A model generated the notes under the pieces. That model was given only the letters and a program-made list of their open reading frames with translations. It ran no database searches and had not been told where the DNA came from. Source: Rhynchobatus australiae (Eukaryota). From it: DNA of 64,000 nt. The translations under genes and the position numbers were made by a program. Shown here piece after piece: positions 37,850 to 52,150 of the stretch; within the stretch, counting starts at the first letter, position 1; every line of letters starts with the position of its first letter. The DNA is taken from NCBI GenBank assembly GCA_034780895.1, contig JAUZTB010000033.1, forward strand, positions 30,363,637 to 30,427,636. Reading direction: 5' to 3'.

Positions 37850-40800
37850 GAACCTCCAGTTTGCACACTTTATATTTGTGAACTAGTCAATATATGGAAA
37901 AAATGGAAGTGTAAATGTGTCCTTCATGACCATGCTGGGTCATAAAAATCCAATATTTTTTTATATTCTAAAGAAAGCTTTAAAGAGCAGTCTAGCCTTG
38001 TTTCATTGTATTGAAGTTGTTTTCTTTTTCTCTCAAAAATTCTGGTGTAGGGTTCCAAGAATTTTAAGTTTCCTTCGGAACTGCGCCTAAATATTTAATC
38101 TTCAATTTACAAGGTTAGATGATAACCACAGACAAACTATTACCGTGTGGAGGGTATTATGGCCACACAAGATATTATACTCATTGGATATTGTCACACA
38201 CATCCTTTTGCATTTGGGGTGTCTGAATCACAGTTGAGAGTGCAGTTCCTGGCTGATTTTCCCCTTGGTTTAGGAGAAATGAGGAACATTTTCTATCTGA
38301 CTGCTGTTTTAGGAACATAAGACTAAGTGTAGCGTATTCAACCCAATAAGCCTGCTCCATCATTTTTATTAGCTTTGTCTGGGTCAGCCATTTCAGCAGA
38401 GACTGGGGATCTTGCTGATCTCTACAGGTCAGTGCATTTGTCAACAATCTATTGGAAAAGTTTTAATAATCACTGTTTAAGATTGTTTGTTTGCTTTTAA
38501 ATTGCCTTCCACTCTGACTCTCCTTGGCATAGAGTCAATGGACATGCTGTAGCAATCTTCTGCAAATTTGTTCTACGGATTAAGAATGCTTGCGTGAGGA
38601 AAAATTTTATTTAATTTGTTTTAAGAAAAGGACGCGTGTCCAAACAAGCTTCCATACTTTTGCTCCCTCACCAGAGAACAGCATTGCTAGCATTTCCAAG
38701 CCATACAATAGTGTGTCACATGGGTTCAAATGTCTTATAATTTGTTCCTGCTGCATTGCCTATTTTTAAGATACATAATCAGTATTTGGGATTGAATAGA
38801 TGTTCATAAAAACCTCACATCTCAGGCTAGGGGCTGGTGTCCAACAACTTCATTAACTAAACAAATCATCTTGGAATAAAAGCTGGAAAGACATAGCAGA
38901 TTAGTCAAAGAGAGGTGACTTAATGCTTTGAAATGGGATCCTTAATTTAGACTGCAGTAAAGAATGTGAACATTAGCCTGTCTATCTCTAGATGTTAAAT
39001 AGCTTACTCTCCATTCTAATATTTCCTGTTTGTTACAGATTTGCAGCATGCAGATTTTTACATTATATCTCAGGATTTAGCAGTTCAAGACACAGTTGCA
39101 GATCATAGACCTAATAATGCTTCCCAGCTGCTGCATTAATTTGTGTCATTGACTGCAATAAGGGTGGAGCATTAATGGTTTCACAATGTACCCGACACGT
39201 CAGAGGTGATGAAACCCATTTGCTTCATTCAGTGACTTATTGGAGGTAATTTTAACTTAACTCTCCTGGCAGAAAACTGGCAGATTTGAAACAGTTGCTC
39301 ATTTTACACCCTCATGTACTCCCCAATTTTAATCTCCATTAAGCTAATGGAGTGCAAAGCCAGGCAGAGTATTTAAAGGGCTTCTGGCTGATGCTCTGTT
39401 ACCCTGCTGAGTCACTCTGGTTTCCACCTGCTGATGGTTTTTCATTCAGTAGATATGCCAATTTGTATTAAAACTGTCTTCTCTATGTCAGACCCATCAA
39501 CAATATGTAAAATGTGGCTGCTGTCCTGCTCAGAATTAACCCCTGAGGCACATAAATTGATTGCTGCTTTGTGTTTGGATAGCTTTTCTCTGCAAACCAT
39601 TTGCATCCTGTCTGGTTTCACTACTACCTGTCACACCATTGGCACTGCACTACCTCAGATGGCATTTTCTCTCATGGTCCACTGTCACCTGGTGTGTACC
39701 TCATGGCTTCCTCCTTGGTTCACACTTCTTCATTATACAATGTAACCGTCTCATTAACATAGATGGGAATTTAATTCAGCTTTGCCTCACTATTTTCTTT
39801 ATTATTTCATAACAAAGCCATTGACAAAGTCCCAAATGACTATCATGTATTTAAGACATGGTTGTTTATTTTTTTTTACAGCCTAACAGCAGACAAACTG
39901 AAGCCATGCTTTTCTAACATTGCTTAAACAACTGCATTAAATTCCACTAACCTGTTTGTGTATCCTTGGGCTCAGAGGTGTGAAACTTTAATGCGCTGCT
40001 GACCTCCAATCTCACCATCCTCCTCATATCCAATCAGATCAATCACCACTTTGTTTCCCCTCTAAAACTCACCCTGATCAGCATTACCTATCCCCTTCTC
40101 CCCAAAACCTAATCAATGCCTGTATTACCATGAGCCTGGACTTCTCCAATGCTTTTTTGTTAATTTTTCCATTTCCACTCACCATGATCTATAAACTACA
40201 TAAAACATTACAACTTATGCTTTCATCTGACACCCACCCAGTCTGTTCCACAGACTCAGTACTTGTGAGGCTCTTCTGGTTCCCTTGTGTTCAGCAGAGT
40301 TGGTTTCAATTTACTTTTCCTCCCCTTTCAGCCCTCTGCTCTTTAAAGCTGATTGGAATTTGTCAAATAACATGTGCCAGTGGTGCAATGAAAGAGGTAG
40401 TGATCTTGTGAAAAAAACTCAAGAAAATTCAGTGCTATTCTTAAGCATGGCAGTTTTATTTCCAGCAACACACTAGTGTTTCTGTATCATGTCCTGCATG
40501 TTTAAAGAGTCTGAAAGAGTAAAGAGAAAGAAGATAATAATTAAATGAAAACTGGATGACGAAAGTAGAAAGAGTTGAAAAAAATTAATGAAAAGGGACA
40601 GAATTTGGTAGAAAATGGAGGAAAAAAGATCAAGTAAATAACAGAATGAAAAATAAATAGTGGACATGACAGAAAAGAAAGTTAAGAAAAATGTAAAAAG
40701 AGGCTAGAAAAAAAGAATAGAGAAGAAAAGTCAAGGTTTATGAGAATTGGTCAAACCCAGAAAGTTTCAAGAAGTACTTGTATTTCACTGGAAGCATTAT

Positions 40801-41613
40801 GTGCNNNNNNNNNNNCTGGTTCTTGAAACAAAACAATCTTTGTTTTACAATTTGGAGGATTTAAATCATCCCAGTCTCCAGCTCCTTCCAAATTTCCTGT
40901 GGCTTTTTATATTATCACAATTGAAGATGTTCAATTAACTATTTCTTCACTGGTTGAGCTGGAGTATAAACCTGAGCATAAGAGTGATAAACCGATGAGC
41001 TGGATTTATAAAGTAAAATCAATTGCATTCACAGTTATCACTCTGAACTTTTTGTATTATAAATTTAAAATACAGGCACTCAAACAATAATGTGTATTAA
41101 TTAATGCAATTCAAAAATGGAAGTTGTTGAATTAGTAACACACCTGTGCCTATACACAACTACATTAAGAGCGTCAACATCATAAGACCCAAACTGGAAA
41201 TGAAAATTGAAATGTGGAAACAAAGTGCTGTAGAGAGTTAAGCAGACTGAGGGAATGATAGAAAATTGACTGCAACAACTTTAAAGCACTACAGATTGGT
41301 AGCCCATGGCAGTGGCTTGTAAAGTTCACATTTATGGTCTGCCGGTGTGCTACAAAACCAATGAAGACTTGGTGTTAAGCAAGGTGTATTAAGAGGAATG
41401 AACCAGAATAATGAAGCCTAGACTTCTTGCATGTTTGAAAATGTGTGTTATAATAGTTTTGAGCAGAGCCCAGGGCAATGGTTTTCTTGTTCATGTGATA
41501 AGCAAGACCACTGTTTTGAATCCCAAGCCTTTTGCATGATTCAGCTCAGAAATCTCACTACTTGAATTTTACAGTGCAATATCACGCAACATTAGTAACC
41601 CAAAGCAGCAGTA

Positions 41614-41900
41614 TTTAAAACTAGGGGTCCTGGGTTTAGGGTAATAAGGAAGACATTTAGAGGGGATCTAAGAACTTTAACACGGTTGGAATCTGCTACA
41701 AACTGTCTGAGTGAGTGGTGGACTCCGGTTTTCTCACATCATTTAAGAAGTATCTGGATGAGCACTTGAATCAACAGTGCATGGAAAGCTATAGACAAAA
41801 TTCTGGTAAAAGGGATTAATGCAAGTAGATAGATACCTAATAGTTGGCATGGATATGTTGAGCCAAAGGACCTGTTCATGTGCTATATGATTCTATGAGT
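41614..41900 (+). mobile_element. CR1 LINE 3' end
   Basis: aaaactagggg...catttaagaagtatctggatgagcacttgaa...gagccaaaggacctgttcatgtgctatatgattctatg. Confidence 0.8.
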
Positions 41901-42639
41901 CCAAGACCATTTGACTCAGTTTATAAAACTAACACTTCAAGTAGCAGGACTAGGTGCCTTAGTGTAACGAGTATCTCTGAAGAAAGTCCCATCTAAATCT
42001 AATAGCATGAAAAAAAATCAGTTTATTCCCCTTCTCTGTGGCTTTGAAGGCAGCAGGATAACCTGTGAAGATTTGGTAGTTTGCTCCCAGACCCCTCAAT
42101 GGTAGCTCAGATAACGTCAGGGCTTTTCACCACTGTAAGTGCCTGATGTTACTGCTATGTGCCCAGCATTCTCCATGTGTAAACTTATCAAAAGCTAGGA
42201 GGTGCCAATTATTCTCACTAATTGTTTTCCTGTGCCTAAAGTTATGCACATCACATTAAAACCTTGCACTACAGAATCAAATACTAACACAATGGGTCCT
42301 CATCCAAAATCTATCCACACCCACTTTTCAGTAGGTCACTAATGAGCAACCAAGCGCAGAGATTTCATCTAATTTACCCCCTTCACTGGGTCACTGAGGC
42401 CAATGTCAATACATATACATAGGTAACATGACATAGCAGACAAAGCAAAAGTTTAATCTTAGATCATTTCAAACTGAATTGCAATGTAGAAACTGGTTAT
42501 TTGTTTTGTTCATATTGATACAGATCTGCAATATTAGTTCTAATGCTACATGCCAGGCCAATTCTGATATCTCCTTCTTCTCCTTTCCTTCAACAACCTA
42601 TCGAGCTGGTTATTACAGTCTATGTGTTATTTGTTTTGA

Positions 42640-43320
42640 TCACCATCTCTGGCACTGCATTCCAGAAGTCTTCAACACTTTACTAAATCATATCAATGTT
42701 CCAAATCTCTCAATTACTGGAAGAAGCAGTTTTCATCTACTCTGTCCCATTTCTCCATAATTTTATAACTACCTAATTATTTTATAATCACCTCTACACT
42801 AATTAAACTGATCTAACTTTTCAAGTCTTTCTTAGTATCTTTGTACCGGGATGCATCTCAGTAAATCGGGACTGTACCCTCTCTGTACCTCNNNNNNNNN
42901 NNNNNNNNNNNNNNNNNNNNNNNNNNNNNNNNNNNNNNNNNNNNNNNNNNNNNNNNNNNNNNNNNNNNNNNNNNNNNNNNNNNNNNNNNNNTCTGTACCT
43001 CATCCTTTTAATGGAGTAGAGTTCAAAACTACACACAATGGGCTGATTATAATGTATCATCAAACCTCAGCTTTTATATTCTGTGCCTTTTTCTAATAAA
43101 TCCAGCATTCCATTAGTTACTTTTTACCTTATGCATTTAAGATGCTGCTTTTAACATCTTATGAACCTAAAGCTCCAAATCTGTATGCCCTTCCACATCC
43201 TCTCATTCATAACATTGTTATTACTTTTAATTTATTAAATAAATATATCTACAACTCCCACTTCCTAACATTCAATTCTATCTATTGCTTTATAGCCCAT
43301 TCTACTATTTTATCAATGCC
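42640..43320 (-). mobile_element. Decayed CR1 ORF2 fragment spanning a gap
   Basis: ORF 42821..43063 contains ERVQSRFTEMHPG, matching the CR1 ORF2 motif ERVQRRFTRMIPG. Confidence 0.65.
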
Positions 43321-43512
43321 CCCTGGATGGCACTGTTACAAATGAATAGTGCATTTACTGACAGGGTAATCAGCAGAGCTAACATTTATTTTAAGCTTGG
43401 CATAAGACATAGAAATAGAACTTCATGTGAATTCTTATAAAATTATAGAACAACACAAAGCAACAAAATGTACTTTGATGTAGAATCAGTATTGGGTTTA
43501 ACTAAACTCCAG

Positions 43513-43935
43513 CAATACACAAGGTGCTAGAGGAAGTCAGCAGGTCAGGCAGATTCTATGGAGGGAAATGGACAGTCGAGATTTTGGGTCAAGACCTGTC
43601 ACCTGAACTGAAAGGTAGAGAGGAGATAGCCAGTACAAAAAAATGCAGGGAAGGGGTGGAGCAAGAGCTAGCAAGCGATAGGTGAATCCAGGTTGAGGGG
43701 TGGTGGGGGGGGTGGGGTGGGGAAGCAGTGATAGGCAGATGGAGGAGGGGAGAGTGGAAATAGCACCAGAAGTGGGGAGGTGATAGGTGGAAGCAACAAA
43801 GGGCTGAAGATGATGGAGTTTGATGGGAGAGGAATGTGATATATGGAATCAAGTGACAGACATGAGGAGAGCAGATAGGAAAATTGGGGAAGGGGGACCA
43901 GTGGGAGAAGTATGTGGGTGATGGACCTTCATTTT
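43513..43935 (-). mobile_element. Penelope-like non-autonomous element with 12-bp TSD
   Basis: Flanked by actaaactccag at 43501-43512 and 43936-43947. It carries the family head tgctagaggaagtcagcaggtcaggcag, a degenerate hammerhead at about 43573-43610 and a purine-rich body. Confidence 0.85.
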
Positions 43936-44221
43936 ACTAAACTCCAGTTCAGTTCAAAATAGTACCTTACTCGGTTTATAATGGGATTAGGCAATGCCAA
44001 CTATAGTTCCAGTACAAACAGTACATCATCAATTTCCAATCAATTTCAGATTCAGATACAATCAATCAGTGTATTAAAGAGATTCTAACAAATACTGTAT
44101 CAATAATTGATATCCAAAGATCACTGGACATTTGACTTAAATTAAGTAAGTATATTTAGCCTTTCAAATTATTTCAACATTAACGTATAATCCTATAGTG
44201 CCTATAATGTTTGAGGGCGTT

Positions 44222-44470
44222 TAAAATCTTGGTCAAGGAAATGGGATTTAGTCTTGCAGGGGGAGAGTGCTGAAGAGAGGCAGGGAGGTTTGGAAAGGGA
44301 GTTGTAGCAGAGGAGCTGCAGATAGGTGAAAGTGGAGCTGTCAATGGAGGGGCAAAGGGAGAGAAGGATACCTAAGAGGTCAGAACTAGGATGATACAGA
44401 GTTCTTGAAAGGACTGGAATATGTTACAGAGATAGGGATACCAGGCCATAAAGGCTATTATATAAAGGAG
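44222..44470 (-). mobile_element. L2-type LINE fragment
   Basis: cttggtcaagg...ggaggtttggaaagggagtt...aagaggtcagaact...gttacagagataggg. Confidence 0.6.
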
Positions 44471-45137
44471 TGAGTAAGTGTCAAGGAACTGGTCAGTGAG
44501 AAAAATATGGGTGAGAGAGCATATTCTTTTCCTCTGTTTTGTAGGTGGTGAGTAGAGATCAAATCTGGCCAAATATTCCATTCCAAGACTGCATATTGTA
44601 ATTTTTGTTTTAATGGACCCCCAAAGATGTAAGGGAACTCTGGAAACCAAGATTCTACTTGTGAGGTTCAAGTTTAAGACCCATTCAATCTCTCCAATCA
44701 CAATTGAAATCCAGCATCCCTCACATGCTTTTATATGGGGGCATTTGCATCATTTTCTGCCCTAAAATGGTCACCTGAAAATCTGAAGTGCAGTCGACAC
44801 CTGGCAGAGCCAGGCACCGGATTTAATTCAAAGATTACCTCTTCCAGTATAAGTACCAAAAAGGTCCATTAAAATCTGAAGCCAAGTGTATTGGCAAAAC
44901 GATTAATTAGGAAAGAACGATGTGCAAGAACAGAGTCACACGTGGAACATGATACCATGCACACTGCATGGGGCACATTGGATGAAAACTCAGAGAATCC
45001 AAAGGAAACAGACTGCAGGTCGATCTGCCTCCCATGGGAGGCACGGGGTAAGGAATAAATAGGTAAAATAAAAGATTAAACAAAATGTACTATTATCAAT
45101 AACAATTTTTAAAATAACTTTCTACAGCAGTTTCTTA

Positions 45138-45326
<189 letters not shown>

Positions 45327-48300
45327 CTAAAGACAACAAGAGTTCTGATCACACACAGAACAAATGCATCTTGACAAGCATTATACAGCAGTGATAGTGT
45401 ACGTGTGCTCATGGACTCCCAGAATGCTCTCCCTTAACCTATTAATCCCTACCAATTTCACATCATCACATCAAAAGCCCCTCAGGCTACATTGTTTTCC
45501 CTTTTGTGTCGGGAGTACAAGATTCTTGTTGAAAGCATTTTGTATAATATTTCTTGAGGTAAAATTTCCCATATTTTCATTGGTCAGGACCTCTCCGTGT
45601 GAAGAATGAACAGACAATGTTTCATAAACCATTTAAATCCTAGTTTCCTGTTAACACACTGTACGTTCACTGGGGATTATGGATTTGTGCAAGCTGTCTC
45701 TTCCTGGCAAGTTTAGAAAACTCAGTTCAGTCTGATAGACTGATTTTCTACTGGTAGAAGGTTAGTGTTCTTCGCTGATTCTCTGAAACAGGCAAAGAGA
45801 TCACAACACGTCAGCTGAGGAAAAAGGTAGATAACCCTTTAAACAATTGGCTGTTAAGGTCAGAAATGTATTCATTTAGTGCAGTTTTTTTTAGTTCATT
45901 TGAACTTTCTTCCTTCTTCTGCTGAGGCATTGACTCACACTGGATTATTGTTCCATAGGCATTAAATGTGCTCCATAACTTGCCGAAGGGCCACTTTCTT
46001 CATGGATGCACAAAGGCAATGAATATTAGCAGCTTATTCTATCATGAAGGCATCATGATCAAGCCCAATTTTTGTCATTATCCAATATCCACTCACTTAA
46101 AAAGAACAGGAACAAGGTCTTTGTTCTCATTCCTCCATTCCCATCAGCATTGCTGCTGAAGGCACTGAGAGGGTCTCTACTGGAACCACTGTGTGTGATC
46201 AGTCAGCTCAGCATGGCTAAGGCTGAATTAAGAGCTCTAAACCTAACAACATGCTTTAATGTCACACATGCAACAACACACCAACTGAGCTAATAGGGTT
46301 AAGCCTGGTTTATGCAGCTTCAGCTTGTATGGCTGTGTCACGTTTAAAAATCATTTAACCTTATCACGTCACACTTCTATTCAGTATGCACAGAATATAC
46401 CATGTTGGCTATACAGAAGTGAAAATTATTGCAACTATAACTCAAATATGTCATGTGTACCGATATGTCCAGCAATAAGGGTACTCCAGTGTCAAGGTTG
46501 CTTCTCCATTCATCTGTACCTGGGAATTGTTCGATGTGCATACACAGAGCCCCAACTTTTAGCATGTATATACGTATGTTTTATTTATGTTGATATTCAT
46601 TGCACATCACTAAAAATTTAAGCATACATCGATTTGCCACTGTACAATATTGCGTCATATAATTGGCATGGGGTATGTGCATCTATTTAAATTCATTAAA
46701 GTTATCAGATACTTGTCAACGTAGCTCATAAATGTCAATTCAGTAATTGGACTGGTAACATGACTGCAACCGGCCTGCCTCATGTCTCTCTCACAAGCTT
46801 CGGTGGATAGCATCCAAATTCCCAGTACAACCATCAACAATGTGTTCCTGCTTTTGAAATATTCACACTTTTGTCCTGCAAAGGAACGTATTCCAGAGTT
46901 TAAAGTGCATTTATGAATATGCATGCTGAAGGAACAACAAAATGTGTTGGATGTTGGTGCCTCTGTGTACATGACTAGACTGGCGGTTCCTTCTGTTGAG
47001 CTGCTCTGTGGCTGCCAATTCCACCTCTTCTGTAGAATACAAGGGCAATAAAATTGATATTTCCAGAGGTATGTCAAAGAAACATTAGAAATCTGCCTCA
47101 ACTGTTTTTCTTTGGCTATAAAAATAATTATTATTAGTTAAATACATACCACAGATGTTATGAACAGAATACATCAGACCCATCATGATGACATGATAAA
47201 GATCTCTCCAGCAAGCCTGACCACAACTCCACTCATAATTTATCTGGTGATGTTTATCATCTCTATCACAGTTCTGGCTGTGACATATCCTCTACATCGT
47301 TTTGCCAAGAGTAATTATAAGAAGAAGCCAAACACTGTGGGTGGTGAAAGACAATCCTGAGAGTGTCCTGTACTGCATCTGTTGTTCTAGGATCTTGTCT
47401 CTAAGTCCTCCTTCTTAGCACTCACCTCAAATTGAAAGTGTTTTAACAATTTGCATTTGTCTGCATATAAGATTATATTGCATGAAAGAACATAGCTCTA
47501 CTTTGAAATTTAATGTTAACAGAGTAATGACCTAATTCTATCAAAGTAGTTTAGTGCTGAAAAAGAATACGGTATCACAAGTAAGGCTGCTGGAATTCAG
47601 CTGCATCGGGATCTTATTATATCCCAAACTAGACCTTAACTGAGCACTTAGTCTATTTCATTGTGAACAAAATTTGGTCAGGACTTGGTGGATTGGTATT
47701 ATGAGCTTCACCAACAGTGGGTGCCAGTCTAACCACAACCACAACTAACACTAACCACTGCTGAGTGCCATCCGAGTTACATTAATGACTATGCTGCATG
47801 AAGTCAACAATGAACATTGATCTAATTAAATCACTCAAATGCTGATCTATTCCTGAACTCGAGCCAGAATGCATACGAGAGGGAAACATAACATCAGCAG
47901 TTTTCCCTACCATCTGTGCCATAGGGCAGCTTTATTAAAGAGTCTTCATACCTGGAAAGGGCACTTTTCTGTCTCTTAATTCCTTTATTATGTAATTGCA
48001 AGCTTCTATTAATTAAACCTACACAACCTCCCCTCCTAAAGAGTAAATAGTTGCAAAGAATTGGTGATACATCAACTGTTTATTACTGCCTGATTCTGCT
48101 GATGTTTTGAACTATTGTTGAGAATGATGACTCAAGTCAGTAATACCAACAGTACAAAGAAAGTTTAAAGTTAAGGCATTTGCAATCATGAGCTTGCAAT
48201 ATTTCAATATGCACTTTGCATGCAATAGCTTGGTCCAACTGGGTGCAATACTTCTCCAATCCACTTCCTTTAATATAATCGGTACAACACAAGGATTTTA

Positions 48301-50677
48301 AGATTACTCATGACTTTTCATAACTGCCTAATTTTAAGAGAGTACTGTAGCAGGTGGCTGGGATGGGAATTGGGATGTGGATCTTTACTGTTGATACTCA
48401 AAGCACCATGATGTTTGCCTTGCTTCTTTCCTAGAAGCTAAATGAAGAGCCCAATTTTCTTTGGACTTACAAATAAAAATTATGCAGCTAAGGTGACACC
48501 ACACACTCCATTTCCTGTCAATTGCAGTAAAATTAAATTGAGATATTCATGCCAAATTTATCCAAGTTTGGTAGAAGCCAAAAGGTAACAGAGATCATAA
48601 AGGTGGTAGATTAAGTGCCAGCAAGAGCTGTTAAAAGCTTGTTTTTCACTATATTTTTCTGTTGGTTTGTCACCTGCCTCTAGGCTACTTGGAGATGCTA
48701 TTTTGACCCACCCAATACTTTCAAGATTCAGATGTGGCACAAAGGCTTTCACATGGAAAACATCTTGCTTCCTAGAAGAATGCAGACGAATAGTTAAGAA
48801 ATTTTAGATTGGTGTCTTTACACTAAAGACATAAATTCCTAGAAATTGAACCCTGGTTGGTAAGTACCATTAGTGTGTTGTACTCCAAGTCCATAATTCA
48901 TTCCATTGAAGAGGTTGTACCAACCGGGACTCCTGACATCAAAGGTATAAGCCTTGGCTGTTTTTGATTGAGATTATAGATCTTTACACTCATGGAATTA
49001 AGCTATTTATTGTAGTGCTTGACCATCACTATTATTGTCACCACCACTTTAATGCTTCAGCCATGTAGACAAACTGAACAATAACTACACAAAAGCACCA
49101 ACCAAACTATATATTGGTAAAAATGTTACATGCTCCTCTATAGATAACTGACAACAAGATAGAACATTGTTATTTTACAGAGTAGTAACATTTCCTAAAG
49201 AGTCACTGTCTGCACTCGTATGGCTATCCAACCTATCTAAACTTAAGAAGATAACAATTTTCAACAGAAAAGGATTCCTTCTTCTGGTTTATTTATACAT
49301 AGCAACATATCATAATGCCAGTGTATCCCTCATGTTTTATTATAAGGTAATACACAGTGGTGTTACTCTATGGGAGTGAAATTAACCATAGCAGAGATGC
49401 AAGACAGGTGGCTTCACACTGATCAACTGCTCAGTTTCATTGACTTCAATAGAACTGATTATTAGACATGTCATATAGAGACAAAAGCAATTTCCTCCTT
49501 TAGTGGCCCTTTCATGTCCTAGTCCAATAATTTTGGCAAAGAAGAAGTCAGTATTTTGTGGAAGATTAAAACCACTGCCCTTTTCCAGAAAAGCATTGAT
49601 ATAAATAACATTCATTTCCAACAAGAGTTAGGAGCATGTGCAAATTGGGGCAAGAAGGCACATTGGCCCCCAAATAATCATCTAAAGAAATCATGACATT
49701 ATGGATGACTTATGATATGTGCTCATCTTAAAGCAAGTAAATTTAAAATTTTCTGTGTGCCAATGGTCAGTAAACATACTATTGACTGTGCAAAGCACAG
49801 CAGATGTCTGAATTGATCTGATGTGCTGCAAGATACTCAAATGAGGATTTCAAGAGTCATACTAAACCATGTATTGCTGCATTATTTCATGGCAGCAGGG
49901 AATGAAGGGAGGCAGCAGCAAAATGGTTTGTTCTTAAATAGCATTTGCTTGTCTTCAAAGTCAATGAAAATGGGAAAGATGGAGGAGTTTGGAAGGGTTT
50001 AAGTCATTGTTATATTCCCATTTCATGTCATATCATCAAATCATAGGATATTATGTCTACCCATTTAGAGTGCTGAGTATGTACATGCATACTAATCATC
50101 TTATAATCAGATTCAAGATACAACTCCATCAGCAAAACACACACGCTGAAAGTGCTTACAAAATCTATGGGGCAGGCAATACAGGTTTGCAAAGGACAGG
50201 CCATCCTTTGCAAATTTAATTGTGATATAAACAGAATGGGGGCAAAGGAAATATGATATTGTTGCCTATGCAAGTTTTCAGAAGGGGTATCATATGCTAC
50301 ATAAAAGATTTGGAAAATTCAGGCACACCTGCCTTGAAATTGCATTGCACACATTTCTGGTGAGTTAAAGCCTGCTTCCATATATTGCTGACACCAAATC
50401 AGATCCCTTACAAAAAATATTACAAATTATCCAAAATCAGCATTAAAGTGGTTCACACTCAGAAACAAGCACATGAACAAGATTCGTGTCACCCCAATGG
50501 GACCTCACCCAATTTTGCACATCTCCAAACATTTTGCTGTGCACATTCAGAGAAGGGTGACAGTCCTTAAAAGGCACAATCGCCATGGCAACCACTTAGC
50601 ATAACAATATCTACTTTAAATGTCATGTAGGAGGTAGGATACAGGGAAGAGAGGAACAGTTCCTACAATGCAAGAAG

Positions 50678-50835
50678 ACAAAAGAGACTGCAGGTGCTGG
50701 AACCTAGAAACAAAAATAGAATGCTGGAAGAACTCTATGCAGTATCTGTGGAGGTGAAAGGTGTATATTACACATTTGGCTTCCACAGATCCTGCTTGAC
50801 CACTGAGTTCTTCAAGTGTCTTGTTTTTTTGTCCC
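50678..50835. mobile_element. Penelope-like-derived inverted-repeat element, decayed
   Basis: gagactgcaggtgctggaa...tgctggaagaactc...atctgtgga is mirrored by tccacagat...gagttcttcaag. Confidence 0.7.
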
Positions 50836-51584
50836 AAAATGGAAGTCCTTCTAAGAGATACATGCCAAAGGAGCCTGGTAACCTACCATTGTAATAACAG
50901 TCTGGCAGAAAGTGGCGCCAGTAGCTTCCTCCAAGATTGAGAATTCCCAATCATGCATTGCTAAAAGAAATATAGTAATCTCACAAGGTATGTCCAAGGA
51001 ATCATGCCACCAGTTATATCACCCAGAAAATGCACTTTATTCTGAAGTGATGTGCTCTTATTTCTATTGAGAGTGATCAACATTGATTGCTTTCTGCTCC
51101 AATTTATGATGGTAAGGGTGGAAACATGCATTATGCAAATAATGACATAATTCAACATGCAGCTGATCCAAGAAAATATTGGGCTTGTGAAATGTTGAAA
51201 CTATCTGGCCAGATCCTACTTCATGTCTGGTGAAATTTCACCTGTAAATGATCTCTAGCATTTAAAAATAATGATTACACTAAAAACAAAATAAAAATTA
51301 AAAACATCAAAATCAAGTAAATCAAAATTATACTGAATTGCCCTATGTGAACTAATTTTTAGGCTATAGTTTTAAAAAGCATGGGAGGTTGACTGTGATA
51401 GAGGACAAAAATCAGAGATATGGAAACAGTTTTTGGAACAATACACAGATAATATTCTGCCTTCAGGATATGTAATGCTATCTTTTGTTTTTTTTATCCT
51501 TATGAATTTTTTGAACACAGATACAAGGTGAATGTTTTCAATCAGTTTGATTCAAATTTAGCAGCAGGCAAACTGCATGGAAAG

Positions 51585-52150
51585 AATCATGAACAGACAA
51601 CCTACAACACAAAAGGAGGCCTTTCAGCCTATCATGCCTATACTAGTCAAAAAAGAGATCTGCAGCCCAATGCTTCCTTCCAGCAGTTGTGCAGGTCACA
51701 GATTCTGAAGTGCATAACCAAGTATCTGTTGAATATAATGAGGGTTTCTGCCCCGACTACCCTTCCAGGCAGTGGGTTCTAGATCTCTACCACCCTCTGG
51801 GTGAATTGATTTTTCCTCTTTTCTCTTCTAATCCTTTTATCAAGTTAATTCTATCTTCCCTGGTTTTTGACCCCTCTGCTTAGGGCAACATTTACTTGAT
51901 CTAGGTCTCTCGGCATTTTATACTCAATTAAGACACTTCTTAGCCTTCTCCTTTGAATGTAAATAATTCCAGCCTATCCAATCTTTCCTCAAAGTTAAAT
52001 TTTTTCAGTTCTCATAAATCTCCTTTGTGCCCTCTCCAATGCAATCACATCCTTCCCCTCATGGGAGGACCAGAACTGTACATAACTCAACTAACTAATA
52101 CTTGCATAAACTCCAAATTTCTTATATTTTGTGTCTCAACAAATAAAGCA
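51585..52150 (-). mobile_element. CR1 LINE 3' end
   Basis: acaaaaggaggcctttcagcc...ccttccaggcagtgggttctagatctctaccaccctctgggtg...ccagcctatccaatctttcctc...gaccagaactgtac. Confidence 0.8.

Noticed and set aside
38760-38769. Isolated MEF2-like site CTATTTTTAA
   Set aside because: Expected by chance in AT-rich DNA, with no supporting motif cluster.
42882-43001. tctgtacctc repeated on both sides of a gap
   Set aside because: Same contig-overlap artefact, not a TSD.
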